From the NCBI GenBank assembly GCA_963422375.2, contig OY729428.2, forward strand, positions 2,432,001 through 2,496,000: a DNA stretch of 64,000 bases, read 5' to 3'. Under the pieces are notes generated by a model that saw only the letters and a program-made list of their open reading frames with translations, did no database searches and had not been told where the DNA came from. Positions 56,550-64,000 of this stretch are shown piece by piece; position 1 is the stretch's first letter, and every line of letters begins with the position of its first letter. Made by a program: the position numbers and the translations under genes. This DNA comes from Bryobacterales bacterium. Lineage in GTDB: Bacteria; Acidobacteriota; Terriglobia; Bryobacterales; UBA6623.

Positions 56550-57379
56550 TCCGAGCGATGCGAGCAGCGGACATCGACGGCGCCATGCGCCTGAAAGAGG
56601 CGGCCCGGTGGAACCAGACGGCGCTGGACTGGGAACGCCTGCTGCGGCTCGAGCCGCACGGCTGCTTCGTGGACGCGCGCGCCGGCATGATCGCCGGCAC
56701 GGCCACGGCGCTGCGTCACGGGTCCGGCCTCGCTTGGATCGGCATGGTCCTCGTGCTTCCGAAATGCCGCCGCCGGGGCATCGCGCGGGCCCTGATGGCG
56801 CATTCGCTGGATTGGCTCCGCGAGCGCGGGCACCGCGCCGTCGGGCTGGACGCGACCGATATGGGCCGCCCGCTGTACCTCGACCTCGGCTTCAGGGATC
56901 GCGAGCCGATCGAGCGCTGGGAGAGGTCGGCGACCGCGCGGCAGTCCGCCAAGCGGCCCGCTCGATCCCCGGGGCCGTGGTCGCAGGCCCATGCCGCACT
57001 CGACCGCGCCGCGTGTGGGTTCGACCGGCGCGAGCTGCTGCTCGACCTCTCCCGGGACCAATGCGTCGAAGGCGTTCGATCCGAGACGGGCTTCGGCTTC
57101 GGCCGACCCGGTTCGCAGGCCTGGTTCCTAGGGCCGTGCGTCGCCGCGACCCAGCGCGAGGCCGCGGCCCTGCTGGCGGAGCTGCTGCGCGGGCACGAAG
57201 GTGAGCGGGTGTTCTGGGACCTCCCACCGTCCAATCCCTCCGCCGCTCGGCTGGCCGCGGGCATGGGATTCCGCCGGGCCCGCCGGCTGGCCCGCATGAT
57301 GCGCGCCGAAACGGGCGGGTACGTCCCGACCGGCCGCGCCGACCAAGTCTACGCAGCCGCGGGCTTCGAGTTCGGATAG
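56546..57379 (+). CDS. GNAT family N-acetyltransferase
   Basis: WIGMVLV..RRRGIA, LDATDMGRPLY..LGF. Confidence 0.88.
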   Translation: MIRAMRAADIDGAMRLKEAARWNQTALDWERLLRLEPHGCFVDARAGMIAGTATALRHGSGLAWIGMVLVLPKCRRRGIARALMAHSLDWLRERGHRAVGLDATDMGRPLYLDLGFRDREPIERWERSATARQSAKRPARSPGPWSQAHAALDRAACGFDRRELLLDLSRDQCVEGVRSETGFGFGRPGSQAWFLGPCVAATQREAAALLAELLRGHEGERVFWDLPPSNPSAARLAAGMGFRRARRLARMMRAETGGYVPTGRADQVYAAAGFEFG

Positions 57380-57382
57380 ACC

Positions 57383-58237
57383 GTGGCTTTCCGGCGTACC
57401 AAGGCGCTCTGGCGTGTGATGGGTGAGGAGATCACCCTCGGCGTGAACACCCTCATCGCCGGGCGCATCGACCTGCTGCGCGGCGGCACCACGCAGGTCG
57501 ATCCCGCGGCGGTGCTCGACATCGCCACCGGCATGGAGGAGAGAGAGGCGGACATCGTAGAGATCAACCCCGGCCCGAGGGTGCTGACCACGGCCCTGCC
57601 GACTCCCGACGAGGAGCTGCCGCGGCTCGTGCCGGTGCTGCGACGACTCGGGCCGCGCATCTCCGTTCCGATCAGCGTCGTGACCGTCAATGCCGAGACG
57701 GCCAAGCGCGCCATCGGACTAGGAGCGTCCATCGTGCATGACACTACCGGCCTGGCATTCGACGTCAAGCTGGCGCCGACCGTCAACGAGACCGACGCGG
57801 CCCTCGTGCTGGGTCACATGCGCGGGGCGCCGAGCCAGTGGTCGCGCATGGAGCCGCTGAACCGGCTGGCCGAACAGGTTCGCACCGACCTGCGGGCTTC
57901 CCTGCTCCGCGCCCACAAGGCGGGTATCGAACGGCGGCGCATCGTCCTGGAGCCCGGTCTCGACCACGGCAAGCGCGGTCACGAGAACTTCAGGCTGCTG
58001 CGGCTGCTCGGAACACTCGGGCCTCCCGGCCAAGCGATCCAAGCCGGCCTCGCCGGGAAGCGGTTCCTCGTCGAATCCGTGCGCGCGAGCGCGGCCGAAA
58101 GGTCGGCCGCGCTGGCCGTGGCGGCCACGCTGGCGCTCGAGTCCGGCGCCCACATCCTGACAGTCGAGCATCCAGAGGCGATCCGCGACGCAGTCAAGGT
58201 CGTGGACAGGATCTACCAAGGCGACGAGGAGGGGTGA
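57383..58237 (+). CDS. Dihydropteroate synthase-like protein with degenerate active site
   Basis: DEELPRLVPV, GASIVHD, LVLGHMRG, IVLEPG; canonical catalytic motifs altered. Confidence 0.75.
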   Translation: MAFRRTKALWRVMGEEITLGVNTLIAGRIDLLRGGTTQVDPAAVLDIATGMEEREADIVEINPGPRVLTTALPTPDEELPRLVPVLRRLGPRISVPISVVTVNAETAKRAIGLGASIVHDTTGLAFDVKLAPTVNETDAALVLGHMRGAPSQWSRMEPLNRLAEQVRTDLRASLLRAHKAGIERRRIVLEPGLDHGKRGHENFRLLRLLGTLGPPGQAIQAGLAGKRFLVESVRASAAERSAALAVAATLALESGAHILTVEHPEAIRDAVKVVDRIYQGDEEG

Positions 58238-58256
58238 GACGTCCGCCCCCCGCCGC

Positions 58257-60833
58257 CTAGCCCGCGAAGCTCGGGGCGCAAGCCCGGACCAAGGCCGGCT
58301 CCAGCGCGTTGCAAGTCCCTTGAGGCACCTTCGCCGAGCCATGCCGGATATAGAATACGTCCTCGACGTGATGACCCTGGGTTTCGCACAGGACTAGGTC
58401 TATGTCGCAGTCGTGCTCCGAGATGACCTTTGCGAGGTCATACAGCAGGCGCTTCCGGTTCATCGCCCGGACGTAGACGATCGTGGCCCGTGCCGACGTC
58501 TTGTTGTCGATCGATACGCGGACGTCCACGGCCTGTCGGCGGCGATTGCTCAGGAGCCTTCGCCTCCCGAGAACCGCGCTGATGTCGAGCGTGCCCTCCG
58601 CGACTCGCCGCAAGCGCTGCTCGAAGCCGCCTAGGTCGCCGACTTCGGCGCTGGATGCCGACCCGTCGGAGCCGAGCGAGACGCGAAACGAGTCCAAGAC
58701 CAGCCCGGCCTCGTTCGCGAACGCCTCGGCCTGCTTGATGTCGAAACCGGTGCCGCTGAAGGCCCCGCACAGGGACGCGAACAGGAAGGGCCGGTCGGGC
58801 GCCAGGACCACGACCTCCCAGTCGGCCCCGGCGCGCTTCGCGACTGCCGTGGCGCGTCCCGGTTCCAGATCGCGGGACATTCGGAAGTGCTCGAAGACCT
58901 GCTCCGCCGCGCGCGTCCTGAGGTAGCGCTCGGGAAAGCCCCGCAGGAAGGCCTGCATGTGCCGCCTCTCGGCGGCCGACCGCGTCAGTTCCAGGCAGTC
59001 TTCCTGGGAGCCTCCGTCAATCCGCTTGTCCTCGTGGTCCCTCTGGAACACGCCATGCACGCCGAGATACAGCCTCCAGAGAAGCTCCTTGCGCCAGTTC
59101 GAGCGCGCCGACGGGTCGACCGCGACGCTGTCCGCGTAGGTCATCAGCGCCAGCAGCTTCAGGCGGTCCACGGTTCTGACGCGCGCCTTGAAGCTCTCCA
59201 GCACTTCCGGCTCGCTGAGGTCGCGCTTCGTCATCACCGCCGACATCGCCGCGTGGTCGCGAACGAGCTGCAGGACCGTGTCGCGATCGAGCGGATCGTC
59301 GACGCCGAGGCGCCGCATGGCCTTCTCGGCGAGATCCGCGCTCGCCTCGTCGTGCTTCTGCCTGGAAACGCCCTTGCCGACATCGTGGAACAGCAGCGCC
59401 AGGTACAGGAGGTCGGGCTTGCCGGCCTCGCCGAGCAGGTCTGCGAAGCGCCTGTCGATCGGATCCGTCGCCGCGGGGAGATCCTTCAGGATGCGGATCG
59501 TGACGAGCGTGTGCTCGTCGACGGTGTAGCGGTGGTAGAAATTGCGGATGACGAGGCAGTCGATCAGTTCGAATTCGGGCAGCAGCGCAGAGAGCACCCC
59601 CGACTCGCGCATTGACTCCAAGGCCCTGTAGGCATGCGGCAGGGACAGGATTTCCCTCAGGTGCGGCCACTGCTGCTCGCCCGCAGCGAAGTGGGCTCGC
59701 ACGGCCGGAATGTACTCCTGGATGCGGGCCTCGGTCTGCCACGCGAGGGGAAGGCCGTGGCGCGCCTGGAAGGCAAAGGTCTCGAGCGCGAGCTGCGGCC
59801 TCGCCTCGAGCGCGTGCGGATCCCGGAAGAAGACGCGGCCCTGCGTCACGCTGAAGTCGCGGTTCGACAGGCGCGAGATGCGCCTGCGCAGGATCTTGAG
59901 CATCGCGTTCGAGGGCGTCGCCGCCTCGTCCATCAGGCGGAGCGCCAGTCGGAACATCAGGCGCGTGTTGCGGAAATAGGTCCGCATCAGGTCCGACGCG
60001 CCGCGCTCGCCCGCGTAGGCCTTGCCCGCTCCGTCGTTCGCGATCGAGTCCTGCATGTCGTAGGTGAGCAGGTTGCGATCCCGCCCGTAGTAGTAGTGCA
60101 GATAGCAGCGCACCGCGAACAGGAAGCGCTTGGCATCGTCGATATGCCACCCGCGCTGGTTCGGGAGAAACTCCTCGCTCCAAGGAATGCGGTCCGTCTC
60201 GATGTGCTCGAGCTGCGCCATCCAGCAGGCCAGGTGGTAGTCGCGCAGCCCTCCCGGCCCCTCTTTGACGTTCGGCTCCAAGTGGTAAAGCGTGCGGCCG
60301 AAGGCCCGATGCCGCTTCCTGGCCGTCTCGGAGAGCATGCGCGAGATCGCTTTCTGCTCGCGCAGGTAGAACTTCGGCAGCGCCGTCCCGCAGAACTCCT
60401 TGAAGAAGCCCATGTCGCCGGCAACGAAGCGGGTGTCGAGCAGGCTGATGTGGAGCTCGGCGTTGTCCGGCGCCAGCTTGGTGCAGTCGCGCGGATCCCG
60501 CACCGAGTGGGACACGCGGAGCTTGGAGTCCCACAGGTTGGCGAGAAGCGTCGCGATCTTGTCCTTGCGGATCTCCGCCTCGCGCGCCTTGCTGAACAGC
60601 AGGAGCAGGTCGACGTCGGAATGCGGGAACATCTCCGTCCGGCCGTACCCGCCCACGGCGATGGCCGTGATGCCGCCGCCCTCGCCGGCGAACTCCTCCT
60701 CGAACAGCCGGCCGACGATGTCGTCGACCGTGTCGGTGCGCCGGGCCACCGCGCGCAAGCCGTCCCCGTCCTCGAAGAAGTCCGAACTCATCCTCTCCAT
60801 CTGCTGGACGTGGTAAGCGGCAAGGCTGGACAT
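58257..60833 (-). CDS. glnD: [Protein-PII] uridylyltransferase
   Basis: AVGGYGR..PHSDVDL, EPNVKEGPGGLRD, HRYTVDEH, FHDVGK, ACT domains; next to PII. Confidence 0.93.
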   Translation of the reverse strand: MSSLAAYHVQQMERMSSDFFEDGDGLRAVARRTDTVDDIVGRLFEEEFAGEGGGITAIAVGGYGRTEMFPHSDVDLLLLFSKAREAEIRKDKIATLLANLWDSKLRVSHSVRDPRDCTKLAPDNAELHISLLDTRFVAGDMGFFKEFCGTALPKFYLREQKAISRMLSETARKRHRAFGRTLYHLEPNVKEGPGGLRDYHLACWMAQLEHIETDRIPWSEEFLPNQRGWHIDDAKRFLFAVRCYLHYYYGRDRNLLTYDMQDSIANDGAGKAYAGERGASDLMRTYFRNTRLMFRLALRLMDEAATPSNAMLKILRRRISRLSNRDFSVTQGRVFFRDPHALEARPQLALETFAFQARHGLPLAWQTEARIQEYIPAVRAHFAAGEQQWPHLREILSLPHAYRALESMRESGVLSALLPEFELIDCLVIRNFYHRYTVDEHTLVTIRILKDLPAATDPIDRRFADLLGEAGKPDLLYLALLFHDVGKGVSRQKHDEASADLAEKAMRRLGVDDPLDRDTVLQLVRDHAAMSAVMTKRDLSEPEVLESFKARVRTVDRLKLLALMTYADSVAVDPSARSNWRKELLWRLYLGVHGVFQRDHEDKRIDGGSQEDCLELTRSAAERRHMQAFLRGFPERYLRTRAAEQVFEHFRMSRDLEPGRATAVAKRAGADWEVVVLAPDRPFLFASLCGAFSGTGFDIKQAEAFANEAGLVLDSFRVSLGSDGSASSAEVGDLGGFEQRLRRVAEGTLDISAVLGRRRLLSNRRRQAVDVRVSIDNKTSARATIVYVRAMNRKRLLYDLAKVISEHDCDIDLVLCETQGHHVEDVFYIRHGSAKVPQGTCNALEPALVRACAPSFAG

Positions 60834-60935
60834 CGGGGTCTTTCGCTCCTGCGCGGCATCGCGTTGGAAACGGGCCCGCGGCCGACGGGCCCGTCAAGTC
60901 AAGGGAGTCGGGGGCGGCCGCCCCCGCGCTACGAG

Positions 60936-61274
60936 CTAGAGGGCGTCGTCGTCCCGCTCGTCATTGCGAATCCTGATGGCCTGGCCGACGTCCGAGATGA
61001 AGACCTTGCCGTCGCCGATCTTGCCGGTCCGCGCGGACTCGATGATCGCTGACACCGTCTCCTCCACGCGGTCGCTCGGCACGATCGCCTCGAGCTTGAC
61101 CTTCGGCAGCAGGTCCACCTCGTACTCCTGGCCGCGGTAGACCTCCTTGTGGCCCTTCTGGCGGCCGTGACCTCGCACGTCGTAGATCGTCATCCCGTCG
61201 ACGCCGATCCCCTTGAGTGCCTCGCGGACGTCGTCCAGCTTGAACGGCTGGATGACAGCTTCGATTTTCTTCAT
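60936..61274 (-). CDS. Nitrogen regulatory protein P-II (GlnB/GlnK)
   Basis: GHGRQKGHKEVYRG, TGKIGDGKVF; 112 aa. Confidence 0.96.
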   Translation of the reverse strand: MKKIEAVIQPFKLDDVREALKGIGVDGMTIYDVRGHGRQKGHKEVYRGQEYEVDLLPKVKLEAIVPSDRVEETVSAIIESARTGKIGDGKVFISDVGQAIRIRNDERDDDAL

Positions 61275-61298
61275 GACAAGCTCCTCCTCAAATAGCTG

Positions 61299-62588
61299 TT
61301 ATAGCTGATACGCTTCCTCGCCGTGCTGCGTGACGTCCAAGCCGACATGCTCCTCTTGCTCGGTCACGCGAACGCCGTGCAGCAGGTCGATTAGATAGAT
61401 GATCACGAGAGTCGCAATCCCCGCCAGCACCCAGGTGAGCAGCGCTCCGAGGGCGTTGTTGACGAGCTGGCCGGAGTTCCCTTCCAGCAGGCCCGGGGCT
61501 CCCCCGATGCTCTCGCGGGCGAATAGACCGGTCAGGACCGCGCCGACGGTTCCGCCGACGCCATGGACGCCGAAGGCGTCGAGCGAGTCGTCGTAGCCCA
61601 GCTTCGCCTTCAGCACGGCGACGCAGAAGTAGCACACGACGCCGGCCGCGAAGCCGATCAAGATCGCGTCCATCGGGCTCACGAAGCCCGAAGCCGGGGT
61701 GATGCCGACCAAGCCCGCGACGGCCCCGGTAATCCCGCCGAGAACGCTGGGCTTGCCGTCCCGGATCCACTCCACGATCAGCCAGCCGAGCACGGCGGCC
61801 GCGGCGGCGAAATGGGTGTTCACGAACGCGAAGGCGGCCAGGCCGTCCGCCGCGAGGGCGCTGCCGGCGTTGAATCCGAACCAGCCGACCCAGAGCAGGC
61901 AGGCGCCGATGAACGCGAGCGCGAGGTTGTGCGGGCGCATGCGCTCCGACGGGTAGCCGATGCGCTTGCCGAGGAAGAGCGAGATCACCAGCGCGGACAC
62001 GCCGGAGGAGATGTGCACCACCGTGCCGCCCGCGAAGTCGAGGCACGGGAGCGCGCCGTCACCGCTCATGAAGCCCCCGCCCCACACCATGTGGACCATG
62101 GGCACGTACACGACCGTCGCCCAGACGGTCATGAAGATCAGCATGGCCGAGAACTTCATCCGCTCGGCGAAGGCTCCCGTGATCAGGGCCGGGGTGATTA
62201 TGGCGAACATCAGCTGGAACACCATGAAGGTCAGGTGGGGGATCGAGCCCTCGGGCTCGGCGCCGACGCCGTTCAGGAACAAGTAGTCGGCCCCGCCTAT
62301 GAAGGCGTTGCCCGGGCTGAAGGCGAAGCTGTAGCCGTAGACGGCCCAGATCAGCGTCATGAGCGCCATCATGGCGAACGACTGCATCATCGTGGCGAGG
62401 ATGTTCTTCTTGCGGACCAGTCCGCCGTAGAACAGGGCCAGTCCGGGCCCCGTCATCATCAGGACGAGCGCGGAACTCGTTAGGATCCAGGCGTTGTCGC
62501 CCTTGTCGATCTCGTCCTGTGCCGCAGCGACCGCTGGCAGCAGCAGCAGGGCGAGCAGCATTAGGCTGCACTTGGTTGTCTTTTTCAT
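61299..62588 (-). CDS. amtB: Ammonium transporter
   Basis: GLALFYGG, DFAGGTVVH, GWFGFNAGS, DDSLDAFGVHG. Confidence 0.96.
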   Translation of the reverse strand: MKKTTKCSLMLLALLLLPAVAAAQDEIDKGDNAWILTSSALVLMMTGPGLALFYGGLVRKKNILATMMQSFAMMALMTLIWAVYGYSFAFSPGNAFIGGADYLFLNGVGAEPEGSIPHLTFMVFQLMFAIITPALITGAFAERMKFSAMLIFMTVWATVVYVPMVHMVWGGGFMSGDGALPCLDFAGGTVVHISSGVSALVISLFLGKRIGYPSERMRPHNLALAFIGACLLWVGWFGFNAGSALAADGLAAFAFVNTHFAAAAAVLGWLIVEWIRDGKPSVLGGITGAVAGLVGITPASGFVSPMDAILIGFAAGVVCYFCVAVLKAKLGYDDSLDAFGVHGVGGTVGAVLTGLFARESIGGAPGLLEGNSGQLVNNALGALLTWVLAGIATLVIIYLIDLLHGVRVTEQEEHVGLDVTQHGEEAYQL

Positions 62589-63223
62589 TTGCACACTCCC
62601 TTCCGAGTCTCATCGCCGGAAGTCGCGCATTGCGCCGAACCGGGTGCGCGGGCACCGGTCGCAGGCCGACCCGCAGGGCTCCTCAGTCGGTCGCGACACT
62701 GCGTCCGAGCGATTCCGATGATCATTCTCGGCGCCGAGCACTGGCGCCCGGGGCGAGAATTGCACCTATCAGACATTTCTATCGCGTGGCGCCTCTTCCG
62801 CAGGGACCGGGCGCCCTCCCTAGCCAGATCGCATTGCCGACTCCGGCGGCGCAGGGTCCGTCTGCGGGGTTCGGACCACGCCATCGCACCAGACGGCCAG
62901 CCGCGCATAGATTCCGCACGACCCTTCGCCACCGATGGCTCGCGGCACGGCGCGGGGGAACCGGGCACTAGGAAGGCTGCCTCCGGATGCGTCACGGAGG
63001 CGACCCGGCCCGCCGGAATCGGGATCGCGGCACTCCCCGCACTGCCGGTCCGTTGCCGGTCGCCAGCCGTTCCCGGGACAGTTCGAGGGACGCGACGCCG
63101 TCGCGAGAGGCGCTCGACCCGCGCGCACCGAGCCCCTACCCGCTCGAGCGCGGCACCGCCGGGTCGCCTCCGCTCCGCGGCGTCTCGAAGCGCGCCGGGA
63201 GGCCTGGCCAAGGCGCGTCGCGG

Positions 63224-64000
63224 CTAGGCCGACACGTCGACCATGCCGATCGGCGGGATGTGGAGGTGCGCCACGCTCGGCTTGCGGCCGAGGAACGACT
63301 GCGCCATCTCCAGCGCCTGCTCGACGGAATCCGCACATTCCCAGCCCATGACGCCCGCCGCAGTGCGGTCCTCGGCCCCCACCACGATGACCTGGCCGCA
63401 GTGATTCGCGCCGTTCTCCGCCCAGTACCACATGTAGAACGGATGCACGCCGTGATAGGCGTAGCCGTCGCGGTACATGGCGCGGTACTCCGGATTTCTG
63501 GCGAATTCGCCTTCGTACCTCCGCTGCAGCACCTCGGAGTCGCGGGTTTCGGGCAGGCAGCGGTGGAAGAACTCGTGGTACGCGGCGTGATGGGACGGGC
63601 TGAACTCGTTGTAGAGCGGATGGGTCAGGATCAAGACCCCGCCCCGCTTCACGATCGGCTCCCCGCGATACATGTTGAAGAAATAGCCCAGCACGAGGCA
63701 GCGCACCAGCAGGGGGTTCATCGGCGCATGCACGTTGTACGGGCAGACGAATGGCACGCCGAACACGGCCACGTCGGACTGCCCCTCGACCGGAACGCAG
63801 TACTGCTGGTAGGTGTAGGCGAGCGTCTTGTCGTGGACCGGATCCGTGGCGCCGGCATGAACGGCGATCATCTCGTAGGGCGCGGGAACGGAGAACAGCA
63901 GCCTGCGCTTGGCGGCGCGCGGCAGAGCCTGCAAGCCGATCTGGGCCAAGCGGCAGGACGTCCTGTCCAGCACGGTCCACTCGTCCTCGGGCTTGGTGAA
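63224..64000 (-). CDS. Lactate racemase (LarA/DUF2088)-like protein, C-terminal part; start outside window
   Basis: GQSDVAVFGVP, GGVLILTH, GYAYHGVHPF, VEQALEMA; frame open to the window edge. Confidence 0.55.
   Translation of the reverse strand, partial: FTKPEDEWTVLDRTSCRLAQIGLQALPRAAKRRLLFSVPAPYEMIAVHAGATDPVHDKTLAYTYQQYCVPVEGQSDVAVFGVPFVCPYNVHAPMNPLLVRCLVLGYFFNMYRGEPIVKRGGVLILTHPLYNEFSPSHHAAYHEFFHRCLPETRDSEVLQRRYEGEFARNPEYRAMYRDGYAYHGVHPFYMWYWAENGANHCGQVIVVGAEDRTAAGVMGWECADSVEQALEMAQSFLGRKPSVAHLHIPPIGMVDVSA

Noticed and set aside
62600..63220. Riboswitch or sigma54 promoter upstream of amtB
   Set aside because: No convincing -24/-12 (GG-N10-GC) element or known aptamer consensus found by eye

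Overview
High-GC bacterial chromosome window, probably Acidobacteriota (inferred from a CRTAC1/ASPIC gene, a large TonB-dependent receptor, a TPR protein and a ZAS anti-sigma). Positions ~1-33,270 are a podovirus-like (P22-type terminase/portal) prophage abutting the 3' end of tRNA-Pro(CGG) at 33,293-33,369. Its minus strand carries recombination/replication genes (PD-(D/E)XK nuclease, RecT, AAA ATPase, SF2 helicase, primase-helicase, VRR-NUC, DHH phosphoesterase, C5 methylase), terS, a split terL, portal, lysis cassette and ejection-type proteins. Inside it is a plus-strand accessory island (~15.7-22.2 kb) with four related sigma70-type promoters. The island holds five copies of an unnamed Cys/His domain around a Cre-like recombinase, a small DNA-binding-like protein, a stand-alone Csx16-like (candidate ring nuclease/anti-type III CRISPR) gene and four tandem paralogues of unknown function. 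This is the best candidate for an undescribed anti-defence system. Positions ~33.4-64 kb are host genes: YtxH, ROK, a 2OG-Fe(II) oxygenase pseudogene split by nested IS elements, ECF sigma/anti-sigma, rhomboid, argB/argC, TIM-barrel proteins, TBDR locus, degenerate folP-like gene and glnD-PII-amtB. All calls are by eye from motifs; no database searches were run.
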